A program made the translations under genes and the position numbers. The notes beneath the pieces were generated by a model that was not told where the DNA came from, searched no databases, and saw nothing but the letters and a program-made list of their open reading frames with translations. Shown here in pieces: positions 1 to 7,699 of a stretch of 11,182 nt of DNA. The stretch covers positions 979,411-990,592 of the forward strand of contig CP070697.1 in the NCBI GenBank assembly GCA_020353555.1. Direction: 5' to 3'. This stretch comes from Desulfobacterales bacterium. GTDB taxonomy: Bacteria > Desulfobacterota > Desulfobacteria > Desulfobacterales > G020353555. The first letter of the stretch is position 1; each line of letters opens with the position of its first letter.

Positions 1-668
1 AAGAATGGAGCCTGGACGCCTGGCGCTATGCGATTGAATCCGTCGAGTTTCACAAATATATCGTGAACAGTTTTTTTGCCGGCTTAGGGGCCGCCGCCAT
101 CGCCCTGATTATTGCCGTTCCCGGCGGATATATCTTCGGGCGCAAGAAGTTCAAAGGCAAAGAGACGCTTTTCTACATCATCATTCTCGCGTTGCTGTTT
201 CCGTTTGTCTTGCTGATCGTGCCGCTGACGATTTCCTGGATCAAAGTCGGGCTTTACGATACCATGTTTGGCTTGTGGATTTCGTATCAGGTCTTCATCA
301 TCCCCTTCGGCCTCTGGATTCTGCGCGGGTTTTTTGAAGAACTTCCGGCTTCGCTCGAAGAATGCGCCATGGTATACGGCTGCACGCAGTTTCAGGCCTT
401 TTATCGGGTGATGCTGCCGCTGGCCAAACCGGTCATTGTGTCTTTGCTGTTTCTGTCGTTTCTGATCGGCTGGAATGATTTTCTTTTTTCCAACATGCTG
501 ACCACGGGGGAGGGTCCCCGCACGGCGTCCGTCATCATCTACGTTATGGCCGTCGGCGGCGAGCGCGTGGAGTGGGAGGTGCTCATGGTGATGACGCTGA
601 TCGCCGGGATTCCTCCGGTGATTCTTTATATTCTGGCTCAGCGGCAATTGATGAAGACATTTCGCTGA
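1..668 (+). CDS. ABC transporter permease, carbohydrate (CUT1) family, MalG/UgpE-like; 5'-truncated at window edge
   Basis: The frame is open from base 3 with no stop, so the EWSLDAWRYAIESVEFHKYIVNSFFAG... sequence continues upstream of the GTG at 63 listed in the ORF track. It has the conserved EAA loop (EECAMVYGCTQFQAFYRVMLPLAKP) of ABC importer permeases and several hydrophobic helices. An ABC ATPase gene follows on the same strand. Confidence 0.85.
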   Translation, partial: EWSLDAWRYAIESVEFHKYIVNSFFAGLGAAAIALIIAVPGGYIFGRKKFKGKETLFYIIILALLFPFVLLIVPLTISWIKVGLYDTMFGLWISYQVFIIPFGLWILRGFFEELPASLEECAMVYGCTQFQAFYRVMLPLAKPVIVSLLFLSFLIGWNDFLFSNMLTTGEGPRTASVIIYVMAVGGERVEWEVLMVMTLIAGIPPVILYILAQRQLMKTFR

Positions 669-918
669 AGGTATAAATTTAGCTGTATGAGAAATATCCC
701 CGTCGGCCTCTTTGGTTTTTCAAAGGGCTAAACTGCTACCGCTGAAGTAAACGGCGCAGCTTTTACTAGCCCATGCCGACCGGGAGGCGGGGTTCCTCTC
801 GCGCACGAATCCATGCAAACCGCAGTCAAGAACAATTTCACGGGCAACCACCCGAATGTCACCAAACCACTAATTTTCGCGTACAGTGCATTCAGGGCAG
901 GGGGATTCAATCAAAACG

Positions 919-2019
919 ATGACAGCAAAAAATCACGGCGTCGAAGTCCGAGATCTTTGTAAAATGTTTGAAATCGGCGGTGTCCAGGCCTGCAAGTATG
1001 TAAACCTGGAAATTGCCGAGGGCGAATTCATGGTTTTGCTGGGGCCCTCCGGCTGCGGTAAAACCACGACGTTGCGCTGCATCGCCGGTTTGGAGAAACC
1101 GGACAATGACGATGCCATCTGGATCAAAGGCCGCAACATCACCACGCTGCCGCCCAAAGACCGCAACCTGGCGTTCGTCTTCCAAGATACCATGCTTTTT
1201 CCCCATTTAACCGTGCGCAAGAACATCTCCTTTGGACTGGATATGCGCCGGACTCTGGACAAGGCCGCAATCGACCGCCGCGTTCAGGAGGCTTCCAAAT
1301 TACTGCATGTGGAGGCGATGCTGGATCGCAAACCGAGCCAGCTCTCGGGCGGACAGGCCCAGCGGGTGGCCCTGGGCCGGGCCATCGTCATGGAACCGGA
1401 CGCCTTTCTGATGGACGAACCCCTGGCCAATCTGGACGCCGCCCTGCGGGTCGAGATGCGCACGGAGATCAAGCGCGTGCAGCGCAAGCTTTCCACGTCC
1501 ACTATTTTTGTGACCCATGACCAGGAAGAGGCGTTGTCACTAGGCGATAAGATCGCTGTCATGCACGAAGGCGCGGTGCAACAGGTCGGCAGTCCCCACG
1601 AGATTTACCATGATCCGGCCAATCTTTTTGTAGGAACCTTTATTGGTTCGCCCCCCCTGAATCTCTTTGAGGGCACGCTGCGAACTGAGGGCTCCCGGAC
1701 CGTGGTGGCGTCCGCGCTGTTCCACTTGACGGTTCCCGACGGGATCATGAAAAAGAAACCGCAAGGGGACCGTAACGTGCGCTTGGGCATTCGTCCGGAG
1801 TTTGTCACCATCGGCCCGGAAGAAGAAGACGCATTTCCCGTTCAGGTGACCCTCATCGAGCCGCTGGGCAGCCGCACGCTCATTTTCCTTCAGGCCGAAG
1901 GCCAGGAGATCCGGTCGATGGTGCAAGGCGAATCCCCGGTCCGGGAGGGGGAAACCGTGCATGTGACGCTGCAGATGGGCCGTGCTTTCTTGTTTGACCC
2001 CGCCGGCGAGCGGGTCTGA
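919..2019 (+). CDS. ABC transporter ATP-binding subunit, MalK/UgpC/MsmX type with a C-terminal regulatory (TOBE-like) domain
   Basis: Walker A GPSGCGKTT, ABC signature LSGGQAQRVALGRA, Walker B FLMDEPLANLD and H-loop VTHDQ are all present. About 130 aa follow the ABC core, which is typical of MalK-type ATPases. I chose the ATG at 919 as the start. An in-frame GTG at 886 (the ORF-track start) is the alternative, and neither has a strong, well-spaced Shine-Dalgarno sequence. Confidence 0.88.
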   Translation: MTAKNHGVEVRDLCKMFEIGGVQACKYVNLEIAEGEFMVLLGPSGCGKTTTLRCIAGLEKPDNDDAIWIKGRNITTLPPKDRNLAFVFQDTMLFPHLTVRKNISFGLDMRRTLDKAAIDRRVQEASKLLHVEAMLDRKPSQLSGGQAQRVALGRAIVMEPDAFLMDEPLANLDAALRVEMRTEIKRVQRKLSTSTIFVTHDQEEALSLGDKIAVMHEGAVQQVGSPHEIYHDPANLFVGTFIGSPPLNLFEGTLRTEGSRTVVASALFHLTVPDGIMKKKPQGDRNVRLGIRPEFVTIGPEEEDAFPVQVTLIEPLGSRTLIFLQAEGQEIRSMVQGESPVREGETVHVTLQMGRAFLFDPAGERV

Positions 2020-2077
2020 GAATCTTGCGGGCCCCCCCATGGGTTCCGATACCCCTCTCAAGCGGAGGAGCCGTACG

Positions 2078-3811
2078 ATGACCGACCCAATCCAACAAAA
2101 AAGTCGGCAAATCAGAAAAAACTGGGTTCAGTTCGATGCGCTTTGCTGCGGGACCGGCTGGGACGAGCGCGATCTGCAAAATCCCCAGATTCTGGTGGAA
2201 GATGTTTACGGCAGCAGCCATCCGGGCAGTTTTCATTTGAACACCCTGGCCGAGGAAGTCGCCACCGGGGTCTACCAGGAAGGCGGCAAGCCGGCCAATT
2301 TTCACGGGACGGACATCTGCGACGGCTGGGCCATGTCCCATGACGGCATGAATTATATTCTTCCTTCCCGCGAGGTACTGTGCGATCTGGTGGAGATTCA
2401 TGGACGCGTCATTCCCTGGGATGGAATGGTCGTGATTTCATCCTGCGACAAATCCATTCCCGCCCATTTGATGGCGGTTTCAAGGCTGAATTTTCCGGCG
2501 ATGCATATTCCCGGGGGGAGCAACCGGGCGGGTCCTAACCTGTCCCACAGTGTCCTGATCGGCGAGACGGCCACCAAAATGCGGCGGGGCGAGGATGTCG
2601 GCACGGAAATCCGGGACTACAAGCTCTCCGGCTGTCCGGGGGTGGGCGCCTGCCAGTTTATGGGAACGGCCAGCACCATGCAATGCATGTCGGAGGCGCT
2701 CGGAATGTCCCTGCCCGGTGCGGCCTTGGCGCCGGCCAGCCTGTTCGACATCCGCCGCCTGGCGCGCCAGGCAGGCTGGCAGATCATGAAGCTTGTCCAA
2801 AAAGGTATTCGACCAGCGGACATCCTGACCAAGGAAGCATTTGCCAACGCCATCATCGTGCATGCCGCCTTATCCGGTTCCACGAATGCCTTGCTGCATC
2901 TGCCGGCCATAGCCCATGAGCTGGGGATCGAGATCGACGCGGAGTTGTTCGATCGTATTAACCGCGAGACCCCCTATCTTGTCGACGTTCAGCCCTCGGG
3001 AAAATATGTCAGCGAACTGGTCTGGTACGCAGGCGGTGTTCCCCGGGTGCAGATGGAACTCCAAGACATGCTCGATTTGAATGTCATGACGGTCACCGGC
3101 CGGACCCTGGGCCAGAATTTGCAGCAGCTCGCAAGGGAGGGATTTTTCCGACGGGGCGAAGGCTATCTGGCCAACTATAAGCTGCGACCGCAAGATGTCA
3201 TCCGCCCCGTGGCGCAGAAGAAAGGATTCGGCTCCATTGCCGTTCTAAAGGGCAATATCGCCCCCGAGGGGGCGGTGGTCAAATTTTCAGCCGTCAAACC
3301 CGCGATGATGAAACACGAGGGACCCGCCCGGGTGTTCGACCGCGAAGAAGAAGCCCTCGAGGCCGTTTTGCACGGTAGGATTGGGCCCGGATCGGTGATC
3401 GTCCTGCGCTACGAAGGGCCGCGGGGCAGCGGCATGCCGGAAATATTGGCGACGACCGAGGCCTTGGTGACCAATCCGGATCTACAAAATACGGCCATCA
3501 TCACGGACGGCCGATTTTCCGGCGCCACCCGGGGGCCGTGTATCGGCCATGTGTCTCCGGAGGCGGCCGCCGGGGGCCCGATCGCCCTGGTGGAAGACGG
3601 CGATTGGATTTCCATCGACATCCCCCAAAGGACCCTGGCCCTGGTCGGGCACGGGGCAAAACGCATGGAGGCCGCGGAAGTCCAATCGCTGCTGGCCGCC
3701 CGCCGCAAAAGCTGGCAGGCCCCGTCGTGCAACCACCCCAACGGAATTCTCCGGCGCTATGCCACCCAGGCGGCGTCGGCCATGCAGGGGGCCTATTTGA
3801 AGTCGAGCTAA
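2078..3811 (+). CDS. IlvD/EDD-family dehydratase (dihydroxy-acid or sugar-acid dehydratase), 577 aa
   Basis: Family motifs are present: SSCDKSIP, SGCPGVGACQFMGTASTM (Fe-S cluster cysteines), SGSTNALLHLPAIAHELG, and TDGRFSGATRGPCIGHVSPEAAAGGPIALVEDGD (catalytic Ser region). I chose the ATG at 2078 because GGAGGAG lies 7 nt upstream. The ORF-track start at 1982 is an unsupported upstream extension that overlaps the ATPase stop. Confidence 0.9.
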   Translation: MTDPIQQKSRQIRKNWVQFDALCCGTGWDERDLQNPQILVEDVYGSSHPGSFHLNTLAEEVATGVYQEGGKPANFHGTDICDGWAMSHDGMNYILPSREVLCDLVEIHGRVIPWDGMVVISSCDKSIPAHLMAVSRLNFPAMHIPGGSNRAGPNLSHSVLIGETATKMRRGEDVGTEIRDYKLSGCPGVGACQFMGTASTMQCMSEALGMSLPGAALAPASLFDIRRLARQAGWQIMKLVQKGIRPADILTKEAFANAIIVHAALSGSTNALLHLPAIAHELGIEIDAELFDRINRETPYLVDVQPSGKYVSELVWYAGGVPRVQMELQDMLDLNVMTVTGRTLGQNLQQLAREGFFRRGEGYLANYKLRPQDVIRPVAQKKGFGSIAVLKGNIAPEGAVVKFSAVKPAMMKHEGPARVFDREEEALEAVLHGRIGPGSVIVLRYEGPRGSGMPEILATTEALVTNPDLQNTAIITDGRFSGATRGPCIGHVSPEAAAGGPIALVEDGDWISIDIPQRTLALVGHGAKRMEAAEVQSLLAARRKSWQAPSCNHPNGILRRYATQAASAMQGAYLKSS

Positions 3812-3830
3812 AACTTCTTGCTTTTAGGCC
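3790..3830. terminator. Palindromic element spanning the stop codons of two convergent genes; candidate bidirectional terminator or transcript-end hairpin
   Basis: The outer arms GGCCTA...TAGGCC are a perfect 6-bp inverted repeat. They enclose an inner hairpin GAAGT-cgagctaaa-ACTTC, which is followed on the + strand by TTGCTTTT. The dehydratase stop (3809-3811) and the flotillin stop (3824-3826) both lie inside the element, and the two genes are only 12 bp apart. Confidence 0.3.
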
Positions 3831-5404
3831 TCCTTAGCGGGGCCTGCCGCGCTTTTCGCCGCCTTGGCCGGCTTCTCGGGTTGTGCCGGAGGTTTCATTT
3901 CTCCGAGAAATTTGGGCAGTTCCAGGCCGGCCATTGCGGCGATATCTTGCAGAGGGGGAAGGCTCTTGACGATCCCGGACAAAAAATTGGCCGTGGAGGC
4001 ACTCCCTTTGTCAGTGTTGCCCGAGTCCCAAACGGTGATCTTGTCAATCTTCAGATTCTTGATAGCCTCCGTTTGCAGGCTGACCAACTGCTCAAGCTTT
4101 TCGATCATGAGTAAAGTGGCCGCCGACTTGGCATCCCCGTCGCAGCTTTGGACGAGCTGGGCATAACCGGCGGCTTTGCTTTCCAGGACCTGTTTGAGGC
4201 CTTGGGCCTCGGCCTGGTATCTGAGCAGAATCGCGTCGGCATTGCCTTTAGCCTCCCGGCGGATTCTTTCCGCTTCCGCCTCGGCCGCAATTTCGATTTT
4301 CTGCTTTTCGATTTCCTGCTGGACGACTTCCAGGGCCTTGAGTCGCTGCTCCTCCGCCCGGTATTGCGCCTTTTGAATTTCAACCTCGGCCTCGCGTTTG
4401 GCCACCTCGCCCAGCTTCAGGGCGTTGGCCTGTTTGATTGCCAGTTGGGCCTCGGCATCGGCGATATCCGCCTTGGCCGTGTTTTCGCCGCTAACGGCCT
4501 CGGCTTCTTGTCGCTGGACATAAATGCGTTTGTCCGTTTCGGCCTTTTTTTTGCCCTTTTCCGCTTCGGCCAGGTTCTCGGCAACCTTGATCTCCTTCTC
4601 GCGCTCGGCTTCGGTTTCTCCGATGGTGGCCGTGGTCTCTTGTTGCTGCACGAATATGCGTCGATCGGCATCCGCTTTCTTCTTACCCTTTTCCGCGGCC
4701 GCCAGGTTTTCGGCCACCTTGATTTCTTTTTCCCGGGCCGCCTCGGCCTGGCCGATGGCGCCGTATTTCTCCTGTTCGGCGACGTCGATCTTGGCCTGAT
4801 TGATGGCTTCCGCGGCCGCCTTCTTGCCGATACTCTCGATGTAATCGGATTCATCGGTGATGTCCGTGATGTTCACATTGATGAGATATAAACCGATTTT
4901 GTTGAGCTCCGGGGCCACGTTTTTACGGATCGAATCCAAAAAGCTTTCGCGATCCTGATTGATTTGCTCGATGGTCAGGGAGGCAACCGTCAGCCTGAGC
5001 TGGCCGAAAATAATCTCTTTGGCCATCTCTTCGATTTCTTCTTGCTTCAAATTCAGGAGCCGCTCGGCGGCGTTGTTCATGATGCCGGTTTCCGTGCTGA
5101 TGCCGACCGTAAAAGTACTGGGGACGTTGATGCGGATGTTTTGCAGGGAAAGGGCTTTCTGCAGGGGGATGCTGATGGTCATGGGCGTCAAATCCATATA
5201 CGCATAGTCCTGGATAAGCGGCCAGACCAAAGCCCCTCCGCCGTGGATACAGTTGGCCGATTGACCTAGACCGACTTTCCCGTAGATCACCAGGATCTTG
5301 TCCGACGGACATCTTTTGTAGCGGGAGGCCAAAAAGGCGATGGTCGTGATCACCAGGACCGCAAACGCCACGATCGGCAAAAGCCAAAAACCGAATTCAA
5401 ACAT
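3824..5404 (-). CDS. Flotillin-like SPFH/band-7 protein (FloT/YqiK type), 526 aa
   Basis: It has an N-terminal hydrophobic anchor (FWLLPIVAFAVLVITTIAFLA) and an SPFH core. Residues 200-400 form a long Ala/Glu/Lys-rich coiled coil (flotillin domain), followed by a Pro/Ala/Lys-rich tail. AGGAGG lies 6 nt upstream of the ATG at 5404. An NfeD-family gene sits immediately upstream on the same strand, which is the canonical yqiJ-yqiK arrangement. Confidence 0.9.
   Translation of the reverse strand: MFEFGFWLLPIVAFAVLVITTIAFLASRYKRCPSDKILVIYGKVGLGQSANCIHGGGALVWPLIQDYAYMDLTPMTISIPLQKALSLQNIRINVPSTFTVGISTETGIMNNAAERLLNLKQEEIEEMAKEIIFGQLRLTVASLTIEQINQDRESFLDSIRKNVAPELNKIGLYLINVNITDITDESDYIESIGKKAAAEAINQAKIDVAEQEKYGAIGQAEAAREKEIKVAENLAAAEKGKKKADADRRIFVQQQETTATIGETEAEREKEIKVAENLAEAEKGKKKAETDKRIYVQRQEAEAVSGENTAKADIADAEAQLAIKQANALKLGEVAKREAEVEIQKAQYRAEEQRLKALEVVQQEIEKQKIEIAAEAEAERIRREAKGNADAILLRYQAEAQGLKQVLESKAAGYAQLVQSCDGDAKSAATLLMIEKLEQLVSLQTEAIKNLKIDKITVWDSGNTDKGSASTANFLSGIVKSLPPLQDIAAMAGLELPKFLGEMKPPAQPEKPAKAAKSAAGPAKEA
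4466..4735. repeat. In-frame tandem duplication (2 x 132 nt, 44 codons) inside the flotillin coiled-coil region
   Basis: Protein residues 224-267 (REKEIKVAENLAAAEKGKKKADADRRIFVQQQETTATIGETEAE) and 268-313 (REKEIKVAENLAEAEKGKKKAETDKRIYVQRQEAEAVSGENTAKAD) are near-identical over the first ~30 residues. The corresponding DNA blocks around 4545-4614 and 4680-4750 are visibly similar. Confidence 0.75.
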
Positions 5405-5438
5405 GCTACCTCCTATTTTTCTGGGGTTGCTGCCAGTG

Positions 5439-6020
5439 TTAGATTCTTTCGACGACCAGAACGTTGCCGTCGACCCAAACGACCCGGATGGGCGTATCCG
5501 ATTTTATCGTCTTATGATCAACCGACGCGGCGTCATACTCCCGCAGACTGTTGCGGACATTGATCAACACCCGCCCGGTTCCGTCTTCCGGAATGGTAAG
5601 ATAAACGCGGCCTTCCGCGCCGACCGTGCTGTCGATGGTAATGGTCCCGCTCGATTGCAGTTTCGCGACGAGGGAAAAGAGTTTGCCGATCATCCAAACC
5701 GAAGCCAATCCCGCGGCTACAGCGCCGGTCATGGAAAGCAAGGTTCCCATTTTGCTTTGGCGATAAAGGGCTAGTCCGACCAGGCCGAACATCAGAAGAA
5801 AAGAGGTGAGTCCGTGGATCGAAAGAATCTTGAAGCCGACGTCGGAATCCGCGTGGTGGGCATCAAGGTGGGGGCCGTCGACACCGAAATCCCCATCCCC
5901 GTGATGATCAATTCCAATAAATTGCAGGATGAGCCGGGTCAGGACGAAAATCCCGCCCACGACGGCACAGAGTAAGAAAAAGACTTCGACACCATTGAAT
6001 TGCATAAATATTGAACGCAT
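5439..6020 (-). CDS. NfeD-family membrane protein (YqiJ-like), partner of flotillin, 193 aa
   Basis: It has N-terminal hydrophobic helices. A His/Asp-rich loop (DHHGDGDFGVDGPHLDAHHADSD) follows. The C-terminal domain (GRVYLTIPEDGTGRVLINVRNSL...IRVVWVDGNVLVVERI) fits the NfeD OB-fold. GAGGGA lies 5 nt upstream of the ATG at 6020. The gene ends 34 bp before the flotillin start on the same strand. Confidence 0.8.
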   Translation of the reverse strand: MRSIFMQFNGVEVFFLLCAVVGGIFVLTRLILQFIGIDHHGDGDFGVDGPHLDAHHADSDVGFKILSIHGLTSFLLMFGLVGLALYRQSKMGTLLSMTGAVAAGLASVWMIGKLFSLVAKLQSSGTITIDSTVGAEGRVYLTIPEDGTGRVLINVRNSLREYDAASVDHKTIKSDTPIRVVWVDGNVLVVERI

Positions 6021-6150
6021 GGCCTGTCCCTCTTAACGTCTCTTTTTCGGCAAACTGGTCCAAAGACGGGCGGCGTTTGACGCCCTAAGAAAGCCTGCGG
6101 GTGAGGCATGGTTTGCGGGCCTCTACGAATCGGAATTCCACGCTGGATGT

Positions 6151-6180
6151 ATTTTACGACATAAAGGCCGTTATAATCAA
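6151..6180 (-). promoter_or_regulatory. Candidate sigma70-type promoter for the nfeD-flotillin operon
   Basis: Read on the - strand, the element is TTGATT (+ coordinates 6175-6180), an 18-nt spacer, then TAAAAT (6151-6156). It lies about 130 nt upstream of the nfeD ATG. A GC hairpin (6068-6085, GGGCG..CGCCC) sits in the resulting 5' UTR. Confidence 0.3.
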
Positions 6181-6319
6181 CTGCTTGTTTGGTCGAGCGG
6201 CGGGAGTCCGGGCTGAATGCGTGCGTGTCCAGCGGAAGGCGCATCCTTGTATTAAGGCCGCTGCGCGCAACCTCCGGCCGAAAAGCACCGCGCGACGCCA
6301 CCGGGCGGGCAACTTGCCT

Positions 6320-7699
6320 TCATGCTGGCCCCTGCCGTAGCGGACTGCGGCCGATGCCTGGCCAGATGCGGACAAAGCCGAAGAAGGCGCGGATGAAGAT
6401 CCAGCCGCCAGTAATCGCCCAAATCCAGGTGAAGGCGGCGGGGAGACTTTCGGGGAGGAGTAGAATAGCCGTCACGCCGCTGGCGGTGGCGGCCAGACCG
6501 ACATTGCGCAAAAAGCGAAAATCACCGGTTCCCCAGTGAATGCCATCGGTTGCAAAAGCCAGCGCGTTGACCGGTTGGAGCAGGGCCGCGATCATCCAGG
6601 CCGGGGCGAAGACCTCCAGCGCCGTTGCCGGAACAAACAGGCTTTGGACCAGACCCCGGCCCAGCCCCACGGCCAGGCTCAATCCCACGCCCGTTGCGAA
6701 GCACCAGGTGCAAACGATCCGGGCCACCCGCTGGGCTTGTAGAAGCCACCCGGAGCCGCTGAAATAGCCGATCAGGCTTTGCCCCGTAATTGCAAAAGCG
6801 TCCAGGAAAAAAGCGCTAAACATCCAGACTTGGCGGATGGCCTGATGGGCCGCACCGGCATCCGGGCCGATGCGGGTAGCCGCGCGCGTGGTCATCAGCA
6901 GAAAAGCGGTGAGTAGCCCCGTACGGAGAAAGAGATCTCCGCCGATTCGCAGGAGATTTTTTAGATCCCGCGGCTGAATGTGAGCGGGCCAACCCAGCCG
7001 GCGATGAATGGCCCCCACGGCCCAGACCGCGCCGAGGCACTGGCTCACCACGCTGGCCATGGCGGCGCCGGCGGTGCCGCACGCCGGAAATAGGGCCCAG
7101 CCATAAATGAGCAGCGGGTCCAGCAAAATGTTGAGGGCGTTGACGCTGACGGCGATCCAGAGGGGCGTGCGCATATCCTGCAACCCCCGGAGGACGCCGA
7201 AAGCCGCAATGGTCGCCAGAACCGCGGGGGCACCCAACAGCCGAATCTGCAGGTATGACACGGCTTGGGCATGCACGCTCCCGGCGGCCCCCATCCAGCG
7301 GGCGACCGCCGGCGCGGCGGGCCAACCGCAGGCCGCCATGAGCACACCGCCCATCCCGGCGAGCACCAGCGCCAGAACGCCGATCTGTTGGACGCGCCCA
7401 TGGGCCTGCCGTCCGGAGGCCTGGGCCACCTCCGTCTGCGTTCCAATTCCGAGAAAGTTGAACACCCAGAAGACGCTTGACAAGGCGATGGTTCCGACGC
7501 CCAGCGCGGCCAGGGCCGCCGCGCCCAGGCGGGCAACAAAGGCCGTATCGGCAAGTCCCGTCAACGGCTCGGCGACCAGGGACAGTAAAACCGGAAAAGA
7601 CAGGGTCAACAGCGTATGGTGGGGATAGCGCACAAACGGATGATTGCGGGGAGAAGTGGTTTCGGCAATCACGGCGGTGTTCGATCTCAACTTGGCCAT
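6320..7699 (-). CDS. MATE-family multidrug/toxin efflux transporter (NorM/DinF-like), 459 aa
   Basis: About 12 hydrophobic segments and an Ala/Gly/Leu-rich composition are typical of MATE proteins. The N-terminal MATE signature region reads TLLTLSFPVLLSLVAEPLTGLADTAFVARLG. The length fits the family. Confidence 0.85.
   Translation of the reverse strand: MAKLRSNTAVIAETTSPRNHPFVRYPHHTLLTLSFPVLLSLVAEPLTGLADTAFVARLGAAALAALGVGTIALSSVFWVFNFLGIGTQTEVAQASGRQAHGRVQQIGVLALVLAGMGGVLMAACGWPAAPAVARWMGAAGSVHAQAVSYLQIRLLGAPAVLATIAAFGVLRGLQDMRTPLWIAVSVNALNILLDPLLIYGWALFPACGTAGAAMASVVSQCLGAVWAVGAIHRRLGWPAHIQPRDLKNLLRIGGDLFLRTGLLTAFLLMTTRAATRIGPDAGAAHQAIRQVWMFSAFFLDAFAITGQSLIGYFSGSGWLLQAQRVARIVCTWCFATGVGLSLAVGLGRGLVQSLFVPATALEVFAPAWMIAALLQPVNALAFATDGIHWGTGDFRFLRNVGLAATASGVTAILLLPESLPAAFTWIWAITGGWIFIRAFFGFVRIWPGIGRSPLRQGPA

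Noticed and set aside
84-647. 187-aa - strand ORF inside the permease gene
   Set aside because: It is an Arg/His/Asp/Gln-rich low-complexity shadow of the permease frame.
1982-2077. The ORF-track start at 1982 (and ATG at 2039), which would extend the dehydratase by 32 residues
   Set aside because: The extension overlaps the ATPase stop and has no ribosome-binding site, and its MLSCLTPPASGS... sequence does not resemble IlvD-family N-termini. The ATG at 2078 has a GGAGGAG Shine-Dalgarno sequence at ideal spacing.
4148-4891. 247-aa + strand ORF antisense to the flotillin coiled-coil region
   Set aside because: The repetitive LLFDFLLDDF/GLGLG-type translation mirrors the Ala/Glu/Lys repeat on the real strand. 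It has no Shine-Dalgarno sequence and no domain-like features.
7045-7628. Two 169-173-aa ORFs (- and + strands) inside the MATE gene
   Set aside because: Both are Pro/Arg/Ala-rich and typical of off-frame or antisense reading of a high-GC membrane-protein gene.
6320-7699. Apparent GC enrichment of the MATE gene as a sign of horizontal acquisition
   Set aside because: Spot counts of 60-nt blocks range from 50 to 78% within this gene. Comparable GC peaks (about 73-75%) occur in dctP and the ABC ATPase gene. The Ala/Gly/Leu-rich membrane composition explains the bias, so there is no robust compositional discontinuity.
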